DNA of 48,201 nucleotides, filler included, from Jimgerdemannia flammicorona (Eukaryota): NCBI GenBank assembly GCA_003990765.1. It is 2 parts of 2 records of this genome, joined end to end, with 100 filler letters (N's around TTAATTAATTAA, not from the genome) between each part and the next. Parts side by side here need not be neighbours in the genome. Positions count along the whole stretch, not along the records: positions 24,157 to 48,201 come from RBNJ01001025.1; 1 more part is not named here. One strand, 5' to 3'. Shown piece by piece: positions 25,279 to 38,185 of this stretch (position 1 is its first letter; each line of letters starts with the position of its first letter). The notes under the pieces were generated by a model. It saw only the letters and a program-made list of their open reading frames with translations, ran no database searches and was not told where the DNA came from. The position numbers and the translations under genes were made by a program.

Positions 25279-25646
25279 TTAATAACTATAATAATTAATT
25301 AAAATAAATAAAAGTAAAATATAATAAATATATTAGTAAATATAATAAATATTATTTATTTATTTATTAAAGTTACTTTATAATAATAAATAATAGTATT
25401 AAAAGGTTTATTTATATTAAATATTCCAAATAATAAAATTCTGAGTTTGAACTATTTTACTATTAATGTGTTTCAAAATATAATAAAGATCTGCTCTGAC
25501 AAAATAAATAAATAACAAATAAAACGACAAAAGTATTACTTGCAAGAAACCAGTGTGCTTGTAAGTTGGATATGACTTCTGTGGTTGCCACGGCAACCAC
25601 CCCAAAAATAGCGATTAATCGTCACGTAAACAGTGTCCTCTTCGTC

Positions 25647-28254
25647 ATGAACAATTCTTACAATTATTCGTTGCCAACACACCCTTACTTGACGGCTCCC
25701 TATATATCCGTCATCGTTCACAATGCTGCTGAATATTCGCGCTCTCTGCCCACATTCCCCAACAATCATCGCTCTACCACCATTACCAAAACCAACGAGA
25801 TTGGTGGGGCGGTGGGGCGGGTTGTCGCAAAGCTTGGAATGGGCGAGTTAGCCACGGGAGGTGGGTGGGGGACGTCGTTCGATGGAGAGAAGGGCCTTCC
25901 GTTGATTGCTGAATATGGAGGTTTTTTCCTTGACATTATTCGATTCATGACTCGGCACAGGCTTACAGCTTGCCGTAATCGGAGCCTTCTTTGGTGAGAC
26001 ATCTTTCCAAGTCGTGTAATGTGCAATTTGGTTGTGTGAGAAAGATAATCGCCTAAGAAAATGCTCAGAAATTATATTTGGTGTCTATTCGACAAAATTT
26101 CCTCGAATACATAGCCGGGTTCCGTTATTTTGGGCACTATATCGTCGACTTTGTAAAGAACCGCCTGATAGTAACTGCTGGTAATTAAATGTGATTAAAT
26201 TGCAGAGTAGCGCAACCCCTCATTAACTTACGGCAGAATCTGGGCATGAGTCTTGTTCCCGTTATTCTAATTCAAAATCATTCCGTAATGCCTGCTGGTC
26301 CAGAATTCGACAGCCGTGACGAATCTTACAGCTGGATTCTCAATTGGCTCAGCGAACACCCCTATAGCGCCCGCGCCACTCAATTTTCTGTCTCCACCAC
26401 CATCTCGCGTACGGGACGCCCTCTAACAGGCGAAGGCATCGATGCTCTATCACCACCCATCTATTTTCTCCCATCTGCAGGTAACGAACATGTTTGTGGG
26501 GTTTCCTCCTAAATCCTATCTTCACTAACACTTTCTGTCCAAAACTCAGGTTTCCACATCTTGACTTACCGCTGCCGTCTACTTTGGCTCAGCCACAAGC
26601 AAGTCATCAGTCCCACCGGCGTGCCCCTCGAAAGCATCAGCATCAGTGCACTGGGCAGATCGCGTGCACTGATACAAATGTTGATTACAGAAGCGCGCCA
26701 TATCTACATCGAACGAGATACCAGTAGGACAATTATATTCGTGGCGGATCAGTACGGTGCTTGGTGGGTGGCGTGAAAAACCTTTTTGCGTGCCTTTTAC
26801 GCCTTTGCCCATTCTTTTTTCCACCTTTATTTAGATGAATCACACTATTGTCTATACTCAATCATCGCATATATTCGCCTTTACCCCATGTTCCAATCAT
26901 CAGGCGTCGAACGCGCTCCCGTCCGAAGCGTCCGCTCGACACGATCGTGCTTGACTCGACGCTCAAGCAGTCCGTGATTGAGGATTTGCGCGAGTTCCTG
27001 ACGTCGGAGCAGTGGTACTCGGACCGCGGAATCCCGTACCGCCGTGGCTACCTCTTCTACGGCAGCCCCGGGTCCGGTAAAACCAGCTTCATCTACGCGT
27101 TGGCTGGCGAGCTGGGGCTGAACATTTACGTCATCAACCTGAGCTCGAAGGGGTTGACGGGCGACACGTTGGCGGAACTGGTGACGGATACGCCGACCAG
27201 GTAGGTAAGGAGAGATAGTGACCAATGGGAAGTGGGTGATGTGTTGATAATGGTATGAAGAGTCGACTTTTTTATGATTGTCTCTTTCAGACTTTATTCA
27301 TTGTTTTGAATTTCTCTCGGGAAGATGTGTTCTCTTGATTGAAGATGTTGATACCGCTTTTGTGCATCGGGAAAAGGGTGAAGAGAAAAACAACGTGACG
27401 TTTTCGGGTATGGAATCGAGCACGGACGCTTTACATACGAGTTTTATTTCTTTGTGGTTTTTCTTCGTGGTTAATACATTCATAATGCAAAAACCCGTGC
27501 TCCTTTACTTCGCCACATAGGCTTACTGAACGCCATCGACGGTGTGGCCGCGCAGGTATATTTCCATGTATTCTGCTGCCTGGATTACTTGTCATATGTG
27601 TATTTGTTATTGTATCTTATATTATTCATTTAAACCTTATCGCCTCTACTTTATCTCATCATGAACGACCTTATCTGCAGGAGGGCAGGATCTTGTGTAT
27701 GACCACTAAGTAAGTTAGTTATCTGTTGCCTTCCAATATACATTTGTCGGGTATCTTCCCTAACTGGTGATTTTCCGTAATCACTGCTTGTCGATCGTCC
27801 CTCCCATTCATTGACCTCCAGCCACGTTACAAGACTCGACCCAGCCCTCACCCGGCCCGGCCGCATCGACGTCCGCTGCTTTTTCGACCTCGCTACACGC
27901 TCCCAAGCCCGCGAGCTCTTCGCGCGGTTCTATCCGCATCTCCCTCCGGACACAAGACTGCCCTCCGAATTCGCGGCTCGCATCCCAGAGAAGAAGTTTA
28001 GCATGGCAGCACTGCAGGGCTTTTTGATGGGGTACAAAAGGGACCCAGAGGAGGCCGTGAGGAAAGTGGAGGAGTGGATCGAGAGTGGTGGCAAGGGCGA
28101 GGAATACGGGGATAACGAGAATGGGATTGGTGATGGCAATGGGGAGGAACAAAAGGGCGGAGAAGGTGAGAATTCAGTGGCCAGTGTGACCAATGTGGCC
28201 GGCGACAAAGAGCTGAATGTCACAATGGATGGGAACGAGAGCGATTGGGAATAA
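25647..28254 (+). CDS. BCS1: BCS1-like mitochondrial AAA+ chaperone, 10 exons (25647-25860, 25961-25993, 26115-26180, 26304-26480, 26550-26763, 26904-27200, 27325-27407, 27521-27555, 27681-27709, 27822-28254); start codon uncertain (alternative ATG 25839)
   Basis: GT-AG splicing gives a continuous frame: TM GGLQLAVIGAFFAGFRYF, BCS1_N EFDSRDESYSWILNWL, RPKRPLDTIVL, WYSDRGIPYRRGYLFYGSPGSGKTS (Walker A), LIEDVD (Walker B), VTFSGLLNAIDGV, MTTNH..RLDPALTRPGRID, SMAALQGFL. Confidence 0.9.
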
Positions 28255-28619
28255 GATGAGGGCGAGCGGGTGATGTGTGCGAACATGAAGATGTTCGAAA
28301 AGGTTTACACTAATTGAGAGAATCAAGAAAACATTTCTGTTGAAAGAACCGGGTCTCAATGTAGGATTGAAATGCTATTTGTTGTGAGCTAGTACAGTGG
28401 AATTATATTGAAGTTAACTGTCAGATTGCACAATAGACTCTGAATCTCTGAATATAGTATAGATAATATATTTTTATTAAGATTATATGGGGCGTGCTGT
28501 AAAAAAACAAGACAAAGTGAAACATTTGATGTCACTCAGTCATTAGGCTTGAATATTTTATTTTCGCTGTTGCTTTGCTCGTAACTTTTCAATGATTCAA
28601 TATCCACTATATTGAATAA

Positions 28620-29320
28620 TTGGAGTAAGCAAACTGAAACTATGACATAATGCTCTCTGTTTTCACGCTTCTCTAATTTCTCTTTCTAATTTGATCCTCT
28701 GCTTTACTTTATTCCCAGGCAGCTTTGGCAAAGTCTTCATCGTTGAGGTCACTGATCGATTGTAAATATTGTTTCCTTGGAAACAACGATTACATTTGGA
28801 ATCATTGCATTATATATATGTTCTTCTTGAATCAAAGTCAGGGTCGGCTTCTTTGATTCATTCTCAATTTTTAAGAGTATCGCCGACACCTGCCTTTTTG
28901 TGATTTCTAAAAATATGATAACTGCTACCAGTCGGTTTTCCCTTTAACTTGCTAATCAAGTCTTCTTTTAAGCATTCTAACTCATCTGTTATGGAAAGAA
29001 ATTATTAAGTTCAAGTCGTGTCTTTAATTTTTCACTATTTGCATTTCCTCTTCAGATTTTGGATGTATTTTATATCCATCAGGGCCACTACAGGAAATAT
29101 CCACCTCTTCTCAAAAATTTTAAAAAAATATATTCTTGGCTCCGAAGGCTGCAAGCACTCGCAGATAACTTTTACTTTGCAACCGTTGAGTCGGACCTGT
29201 TCTTTGATGAAGCAGTGGAGGCAATTGGTTTTGTTTTTATTATGTATTTGAATTCATCTTTCACAAATGGACGAATATTACCGTAAAGATATTCTTTCTT
29301 ATCTGTCAGAACTCATCATA
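28620..29320 (-). pseudogene. Degenerate coding relic, possibly a DNA-transposase C-terminus
   Basis: DKKEYLYGNIRPFVKDEFK resembles, from memory, a YLY..IRPF terminal motif of some transposases. Downstream frames are broken by stops. Confidence 0.3.
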
Positions 29321-29465
29321 TTTATTTTGGATACCTATATACAAATTTTCAAAGGTGATATTCCCATCGCTCCCACCCAAATGACCTGGTCTTCTCCTTC
29401 GCTCGTGGCTACTTCTCTAGATGTACGGGACGGGATATTACACTGCTCCTATCTTCAGATCTACC

Positions 29466-32118
29466 CTAATGAAGTAGCAATTTTAACTGTAGAGAATCCG
29501 GAAGTTCGCGCATGTAGATCATCTGCGCAGGCGGTGTGAATTCGTTGCTTCGGTACTTGTAGTTCTCTGCAATTTTTCCGACTCGTTCCTACCATTGCCA
29601 GGGACAAACGAAAGTTAGTAAGTACAATGTCACTGCAAACTCAAGGCGAACACTGTTATGTACCTCCAAAGCCATCAAATGACTGATAGCGAATTCTGCC
29701 AATGGGATCGTGGTTTTGTCAATCACTAATCTGGTCGTGAGAAATGGCCAGGAGCGGTAGAGACCGTCATACTTCAGGTCCATGAAGAATGATTCCATCA
29801 AGGCGCCTGCTCAGCACAAAACAATAATTTAGTATATATCGCAAAAAAAAACTTCATTCGTTGCAAGTATACGTACCCATATTTGTGAACATAGCTGCTT
29901 CACCTGGACCGCCCTTCGTCTGCAGTTGCTGATTAATAGATTTCCTAGCTCGTAACTGTACCTTCAAGTTGTCCCTTCTTTGTTGTAGCCGTGTGTACCC
30001 CAGCGGTTTGATCTCTGATGCCAAAATTGGTATATTGTCTACCACACAAGCAAAGTCAGGCCTTTGTTTTGAGCCCGCCGTGGCACGGTTCAGTAAAAGT
30101 TTATATTCCTTTCGAGGACCAAGGAAGAATGGACGGGTGATTGGATGAAGGAACATGTAACAGTGCTCGTCCTCAGACATCTTTAATGGTGCAACCATCG
30201 GAAGACCGTCATATCTGTAATGTAGAAGATTTGATATGAGAAAACAAATTGATAGACCAACAAATTATAGAAAGAGTAAACTCACAGGTCGTTGAACAAG
30301 CGTGCGATTGTCCTACTTAATCCCGATTTCCCACCATCCAGGAAGGCGTCTTTGCCAGCAAGATGTCTACGGGCTGCATCGCAAAGATGGAGTGAAATCT
30401 CCGGCAGAAGCGGCGGCTCGTTTACAGTGTAAGGATTGGTTTTTGTTATCTCTAGCCATTCTCGATTTGTGAATACAGGATACGGACATGGCCAGCAAAG
30501 TACTATGATTGACGACAATGCTCTAAATGCAGGGAGAGGAAAGGGTGTTCAAATGTCTTCATATGATCGTTGTGCCAGTCAAATCTTTATATCTCAGAAT
30601 GCTCACAGGACTTCGTAAATGTTCTTATACGTCAAACCTTCACTTTTTGCCTTCTTCAGCACCTCTCCCTGATACCGCCGGAATCTTTCCGTCACATTCA
30701 CGGCACCAACGTTCCACTATTGTAACAAAAGAAGTGAAAAACTGCAGAGTAAAAACATAACTTTGATACGTATGCATACCTCAACTTTCGGCGCACGTCG
30801 CAACTCGTCCGCGACACTTTCTAGATCAAATTCTATGATCTCACTATCCTCAAGCTCTTCAGGGTCATCGTTGCTGGAGGCAGGAACATCGCCAACATTA
30901 TTTTCATTCGCAATATCGTTTTGGTCTTCGGGCTCGACACCACCGGCCTCGTCGCCTTCGATATCCTCCAACTTTCTCTTGCCAAGAGCTACCTCTGTAA
31001 GCTCGTCCTCGCTGCTCTCGCTCACTGGTGCTGTCGCTGTTTCAGAACTACTGAACTCGTCGAATGAGACATCATAACCATCATCGCATTTCCTTTAGGA
31101 CAGGTAACAGTATAAAGAATTATTATGGCGATTAGAGACTGACTTTGATCAAATCCAGAGAGAACTCATTGGGAAAAAAACCGAAAACACCTTTTTCTTT
31201 TTTTTTTTTCAAAATTTGCAATATCATCAACAAGATTTATCTTTATGTTGGTCTAAAAATCGAAAGAAATCAAATAGTTAACATACTTCGCATGCTAAGT
31301 AGCATATTCCGCATGCTGTAATAGTAAGACCTGATAGTCACCTTCGCCAGAAATTCGCTGAAAGTCAAATAAACTTGAGAGTTTGCAATCTCCTCACTTC
31401 TATCCCATACGATGTTATCGATCTTTGACGGTCCGTTCTTATATCGGTTAAAAGAAGAAAATAATAAATGTGTATCAGGAGAATTCCGAAAATATTGATG
31501 GCAATGGATTATTGTTCGCTTGTTCGCGTCGGGCAGTGAGGTGTACACGTGAAAGAATCACTTGTAGCGAGTGAAATCGCCACGCTTCTCCTCCCCATCG
31601 GGTTAGGGCGCAACGTAACCCTCCTCGAGATCGTCGAGGGGCGTAGTACACCTCAGTTCAACATGTACACGTGGAAGAATCACTTGTAGCGAGTGAAACC
31701 GCCACGCTTCTCCTCCCCATCGGGTTAGGGCGCAACGTAACCCTCCTCGAGATCGTCGAGGGGCGTAGTAACATGGAACTTTGCCCGACGTCTGCTTTTA
31801 AAAAACTGACCTTAAGAAGTTTCTTTAGCGACTGTGCTTTGTCTACAATTGTTTGATCTGATGCTTTAAGAAGAAGGGCCAACTCTTTTCCCAGAGAGGT
31901 ATGAGCACGCTTAAACTTTCGATCCAAGCGCGGATTTTGCTGGATCCAGTACAAGTCGAAAGACTCAATCGACCAACTCTCGACGTCGGTACTTGTCCAG
32001 TAACCTGCAGAATCAGGGTCACTATAAGTCCAAAATGTTGTGAGGCATATAGTAGTAAAACCAGCAATTCACCTTTGTGACGAAGATTGTTCGGTAGAGG
32101 AGGTATAGACTTTGGCAT
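29466..32118 (-). CDS. Multi-exon protein with acidic linker and C-terminal PD-(D/E)xK restriction-endonuclease-like domain; approximate exons 32118-32073, 32004-31811, ~31438-31331, ~31095-30780, 30716-30607, 30522-30286, 30214-29877, 29806-29665, ~29588-29466
   Basis: GT-AG joins give MPKSIPPLPNNLRHKGYWTSTDVESW...SEDEHCYMFLHPITRPFF...RPDFACVVDNIPILASEIKP...ARKSIN...FFMDLKYDGLYR...LLLH*. The third exon's boundaries are least certain. Confidence 0.75.
31542..31770. repeat. Tandem 107-bp duplication (31542-31648, 31664-31770) in intron 2
   Basis: Units differ at two positions, are separated by a 15-nt spacer and contain internal hairpins. Confidence 0.95.
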
Positions 32119-32566
32119 CTTGTAGGAACGGGCAAGCCGAAAAGAAAATAGAAACACGCGTTTCAGTTGACAAGCAAAATTTGTGATGACGTCACTGCTA
32201 ACCACCAAAAGAAAAATTTATGAGCGTTTTCATTGGTTGGTTTTTAATCCAGAAGAGAAATTATCCCTGATGAATAAGCGAGGCTTGGCAGCTTTTCAAA
32301 CTAATTACAAGATGATGACAGAATCAGGATAACTATCAAGAGAATGTTGATCAATACTTTCTTAAAATGATTCTAATTTATAAGTTTCTTTAAGTCTTAA
32401 AAAGAAAGCTCAAGTCAATAAGAGAATATTATACTGCTGAGACTGTAATATATTTCTTTATCAAAAAAACCTATTTGAACATGCTAGGAATTGAATGCAC
32501 TTATTTTGAGAGTATTAGAGATCATTTTGGTAAAAAAATAATCTTTTATCATAGCTTTATAGTAAT

Positions 32567-32571
<5 letters not shown>

Positions 32572-32597
<26 letters not shown>

Positions 32598-32818
32598 ATA
32601 GTTATTTGGACTTTAATATTTATTACCATTCTATCATATAAAATTACAATATCCCCTCCTACTATCCAATTCTCCTAGAAAGTAGAAAGTCCCTCTTCTA
32701 CTCTCTTATACTTGAAAACCACCTTACTACCTATTACTCTAACTTTTCCCTCACTCTGCCCATATATTTTCTCCACCAAATAGTACTACTAATCTTCCTA
32801 CAGACCTCATCTCAGCAG
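32572..32818 (-). mobile_element. Short 5'-truncated LINE 3' end
   Basis: Poly(T) followed by ATAGTTATTTGGAC matches the family tail (ATAGTCACTTGGAC). Imperfect TSD TA(G/A)T(A/G)ATAGTTCTTT. Confidence 0.7.
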
Positions 32819-32878
32819 TAATGATAGTTCTTTCTCCACTACTATACTAGTCACAAGGTTGGTAGATAACCTTCTGAG

Positions 32879-33345
32879 TAGTGCTCCTAACAAGTCAATT
32901 TAATCTGGATAGATTTGAATCAACTATTATTTTGATTTTCAAATTAGATAATTAAATGTTTACATCAATAACTCAATGAATAATTATCCAAATTTGATGA
33001 TCTTGGTGTCATTTGAAAGCCCTTAATAAGGCCTATCTAATGACACTAAGAATATTGAAATTGGATTATGCATTGCTGAGTTATGAAGGAAAACATCTGA
33101 ATTGCTGATTTTGGAAATTTTGTCAAATAGAATGTTTTCCTTAATATCTTGACAATGTATAATCCAATTTTAATATTCTTAGTATCATTAGAAAGACCTT
33201 ATTAAGGGCTTTCAAATGATACTAATATTATTAAATTTAGATGATTATTCATCAAGTTATTGATATAAATATTTAATTATCTAATTTGGAAATCAAAACA
33301 ATGATTGATTTGAATTCCATCTGGATTAACTTATTCAGAGCACTA
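32879..33345. mobile_element. hAT MITE (palindromic)
   Basis: TAGTGCTC...GAGCACTA termini with perfect 8-bp TSD CTTCTGAG. Confidence 0.9.
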
Positions 33346-33977
33346 CTTCTGAGTTCTCTTTCCTCTACTTTTACCCTCTCTACCTTAAGTTAATTGGCTG
33401 TACCTACAAGGATATGATAAGAGAGAAGTAATAGTAATAAATTACCTCTTTATTAATATTAGATAGATACTTTCTCTACTTTTTTACAATTTCTGGTACC
33501 TTTGGCTACATCTGGGGTATACTCATTTTGGTGTAGTATCTTCTTTCTTTTATCATTATCAATAAGATATCATCTTGGTATATTATAGACTATATAGGAT
33601 ATCAACTGATCTTGGATATTAAGTACTAGTATAAGTCCTTAGTATCTATAGTAGGGCTCTCTGGACTTTGACAAGCTTTCTGATGAGCATAATACTGGTA
33701 ATAAGTAACTATTTTTTAAGTAGAGTTGAGATGAGAGAGGAGATGGTCATTATAGATAGGAGAAAGGATAATTATAGTAAACCAGTAAGGTATCAGACTA
33801 AGAGTAGTTATTAGAGCTAAGATAGATACTATATTAGTGAGATCTTCTGATTGGTACAGAGTGGTTAAATGATAGGTATTACTCTCAGCTACTTTTGGCA
33901 ATATATAGGATTGGGCTCTAGTTATTAGGGGTAGTCAGGGGGCCTAAGGCTGCCCAGATCAGATATCTTGACTATAC

Positions 33978-33978
<1 letters not shown>

Positions 33979-34008
<30 letters not shown>

Positions 34009-35167
34009 GACTCAAAGTTCTATAGATTTTTATTGAAAGAGAACCTAGACTATATAGGCCAAAACTCTCCCCCACCACCCATCAAGTACTACTCCTCTAT
34101 TAATCTAGACTAACTATTGTCCAGTAGTCAACCATATTAGATACAGTAGGGCCTATATTGACCCATATCTCATTCTATATACCATACTCTCTCTACCACT
34201 AGAGAGAACTCAGCCATATACTAATGATCAAAAGCACATACCCAAAACTCCAATATATATATATAAGGCCATATTTAAGTCAAATAGAATAGCTCTTGCT
34301 ACTCTAAAGAGAATGACAGATAAAGAAAAAACCCTCATCAAAGTATATTACAGTAGATAGGACCTAGTTCTCCCAGATGAGGTGAGTAGAGAACTTATAT
34401 ATGAGATGAGAGGAGACCCCCAATACCAGCCTGTAGGCCTCAATTACATTGCTATGTCAGCTCTCAGTTCTAGTTGAGTACAGCCAAGATATCTGAAATG
34501 GATAGCCTCAGGCCCCCTAACTCCCCCCCCCAATAACTGAGACCCAACCCACTAAATTGCCAAAAGAAGCTAAGAGTGATATCTACTATCTAATTACTCT
34601 GTACCAATCAAAAGACCCCACTGAAGTAGTACCTACCCTAGCCTCAATGACTGTCCCCAGCCTGGTACTCTACTGGTTTACTATTATTGCCCTTTCTTCT
34701 ATCTGTAATAACCATCTCCTCTCCCATCTCAACAACACACAAAAAATAGTTATCTATGCTAGAACCATACTTATTGGGAAGCTCACCAATGTCAGAGGGC
34801 CCCATCATAGGTACTGAGAACCTGCAGGTAATTTATATTGGACACTTGATGCCCAAGATCAGCTGACTCTCTATATAACTCATGATATACTGAGACAACT
34901 CCTTGTTGGTAATAGCAAAAGAAAGAAGGTACCATACTAAAACAAGTATATCTCAGATATAGCTAAAGATACTAAAAACTATGAAAAAGTAGAGAAGATA
35001 CTAATTCAATACTGATAAAAGGGCAACTAATCACCATTGTCCTCCTCTCACTATACCTATATAAGTACAGCAAACCAACCTGAGGTAAAGGGAGTAATAG
35101 TAGGGGAAAGGGGACTTGGAAGGTTGTCTACCAAATCTTGTAACCAGTAAGGTAGTGAAGAAAGGAG
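33979..35167 (-). mobile_element. 1.17-kb retroposon copy, nested antisense in an older copy of itself
   Basis: Poly(T) to 34004; TSD TCTT(G/T)ACTATACT. Confidence 0.85.
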
Positions 35168-35378
35168 CAGTCTTTACTATACTCAACTAGAGCTAACATA
35201 GCAATATAATTAAGATCCATAGACTTAAGTAGTAGGGTATTGGAGATCTTCTCTTTATATATAAGTTCTCTACTCATCTCATTAGAGAGAACTAGGTTCT
35301 ATCTACTATTCTGTATTTTGAGAAGAGTTTTTTCTTTATTTATCACTCTTCTTAGAGTGATAGAGGTTATATAAATTA

Positions 35379-38185
35379 CAGTAAGGGATAAAACCTTACC
35401 AATGTTTTATTATTTTTAAATCTTAACCTATTGTAGTCTAAATATGAATGCTATTAAATCTATATTTTAACTAATAATAAAGAAAGTCTAGAGCTTTTAA
35501 ACAGTATATATTTTGCTAAATATAAATAATTATTTCTAAAGTTATAATCCTTTTAGGAAAACTGACCATTGGTAAGATTTTGTCTCTAATATATCACCAA
35601 TCAGTTTATTGATTATTTCAATATTTAGTATAGCCCTCTTTTATCTTATATATAGCAGCAACCCTCCTTGGTATACTCTCAATTAAACCAATACAAACAT
35701 CCTTTGGAATTCTATTCTATTCCTGCTCTACATGTTCTCAAAGATTCTGCATTCCCTTAGAGAGCTCTATGTATATATTAAGTTGTTTTTTAAGTTATCA
35801 CTATAAATGTTCAATTGGATTCAGGTTGGGGAATTGTACTGGTCAACTCAATAAATGAATTGAGTAATTAGTGAACCATTGGTAGAGTTTTTTTATATAT
35901 ATTTCAAGTTATTATCTTACTGAAAAATCAACCTTTTCTGATCCATATGGTAAAATTTGATTGTTTCCAGCAATTTGTTATCAAGAATGCTCTGGTACAG
36001 CTCTATATTCATATAACTGTCAATCCAATAGATATAACTGACCCTTTTGTATATTATACATCCCCAGATCATTAGAGATCTACTGCCGAATTTTACTATT
36101 CTGGTCACATAACTCTCATCATATAGTATTTCTGGCTTTTTCCACACCCATTTTTGACCATTGGAGCCAAGATGATTGATCTTCGTTTTTTCAGAGAGGA
36201 TGACCTATTTCTAATCCTTGATTGTCCAGTCCTTGTATTTAAGAGCAAACTCATAACAAGCCTTGATATATCATTTGAGCAATCTAGGCCTCTTCTACTT
36301 TTTGTTTTAACAGACTCATGTCCTGTAGAATTTTATTGGAAGGGAACCTAGACTATATAGGCCAAAACTCTCCCCCACCACCCACCAAGCACTGCCATCC
36401 CATTAACCTAGGCTAGCTATTGTCCAGCAGCTCGACCATGCCAGGCACAGCAGGGCCAATAGGCCTGCACCTCATTCTGTACACCATGCTCTCCCTACTG
36501 CCAGGGGAAACCCAACCATATGCCAATAACCAAAAGTGTATATCTGAGAACCCAACATATGTACAAGACCATGCCTGAGCTGAATAGAATAGTTCTTGCC
36601 ACCCCAAAGAGAATGACAGGCAAAGAAAAAACCCTCATCAAAGCACAATATAGTGGGTAGGGCCTGGTTCTCCTAGTCAAGATGAGTAAAGAACTTACAT
36701 GTGAGGTGGGAGGAAACCTCCAATACCCCACTACTCAAGCCTGTGGGCCTCAATCACGTTGCCATGTCAGCTCCCGATTCCAGTTAAGTGCAGCCAAGAC
36801 ACCTGAAATGGGTAGCCTCAGGCCTCCCGACCCCCCCTGATGACTGGGGTCCAACCCTGCTGACTGCCAAAAGAAGCTGATAGTGACACCTACCACCTAA
36901 CCATACTGTACCAATCAAAAGGCCCTACCGAAGCAGTACCTGCTCCAGTCTCAATGACCACCCCCAGCCTGGCACCCTACTGGTTTATCGTAATTACCCT
37001 TCCTCTTATCTGTGATGGCCATCTCCCCTCCCAACCTAACAACACCTGAAAAGCAGTCACCTACACTAGAACTGTGCTCACTGGGAAGCTTGCCAAAGCC
37101 AGAGGGCCCCACCATAGGCACCAAAGACCCACAGGTAACCTATACTGAGCACTTGATGCCCAAGGTTGGCTGACTCCCTATATAGCCTGAGACACACCAA
37201 GACAATACCTTGTTGGCAATGGCAAAAGGAAGAAGGCACTGCACCAAAACAGGTATACCCCAGATGCAGCTGAAGATACCAGAATCTGCAAAAAAGTGGA
37301 GGAAGCACTGATCTGACACTGATAAAGGGGCAACTCATCACTATTGCCCTCTTCTCACCATGCCCCTGCAGGCACAGTAAATCAACCCAAGATAGAGAGG
37401 GTAATAATAGGGGAAAGGGGACTCAGAAGGTCACCTACCAAACCTTGTGACCAGTAAGGTAGCGGAGAAAGGAGTGTAGGCCTCTTCTACTTTATAATTG
37501 CCTTTAGGCCAGCCCTCTTCAGTGTTCTCTGTACCATTTTCATACTTATAGAAGATTTGCCATTGTCTTGAAGTCTATCTTGAAGTATTTTGCCAGCTTC
37601 TTGGAGTGTTTTTGCAATCTCAGTTACAGTTTCTGTCTTATCTATAATAATCTGGTAAATAACCTATACTTTATCTCGAGCTAAGAATGTATATGGGCGA
37701 CCTCCTTTTGATGGCATAACCTCACCACTGCAAAACTCTTTTCATATATAGAAAATGGTCATAGTGCTGACATCCATTTGTTTCGCAATCTTGCTTGCTG
37801 ATATACTGGACTTCAGGATATTGATGATGTGATTGTGATAGTCAATTGAGATTTTTTTCATTATGAGAGGTGTGGAAGGAAAAAGTATATCAAAAAAGAA
37901 TAAAGGGGTAAAGTTTCAGGTGCAGAGCAAGTGCAGAGCCAGAGTTAGTGAATTGAAACTATTGGAAAAATAGTGGAGGACAAAATCTTACCAATGAGCA
38001 GTTTACTTAAAAGGGTCATAACTTTAGAAATAATTATACAAATTTAGCAAAATAAATACTGTTTCATTCTAGACCTTCTTTATTATTAGTTAAAATATGA
38101 ATTTAATAATATTCATATATATTTAGATTATAATAGATTAAGATTTAAAAATAATAAAATATTGGTAAGGTTTTATTCCTCACTA
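35379..38185 (-). mobile_element. Tc1/mariner DNA transposon with ~205-bp TIRs; transposase pseudogene from ATG 37861 to ~35650
   Basis: TA|CAGTAAGGGATAAAACCTTACC...GGTAAGGTTTTATTCCTCACTA|TA. HTH region MKKISIDYHNHII..., GGRP, VKFGSRSLMIWGC, LIFQ*DN, LNPIEHL. Confidence 0.9.
36302..37476 (-). mobile_element. 1.17-kb retroposon, least-mutated copy, inserted in the Tc1 transposase
   Basis: Perfect 17-bp TSD TAGGCCTCTTCTACTTT (36285-36301 / 37477-37493). Confidence 0.9.

Noticed and set aside
31542..31770. CRISPR array, TPP riboswitch, hammerhead or HDV ribozyme
   Set aside because: Only two long units in a eukaryotic intron. No CUGAGA/CUGANGA cores, and HDV pairings could not be completed by eye.
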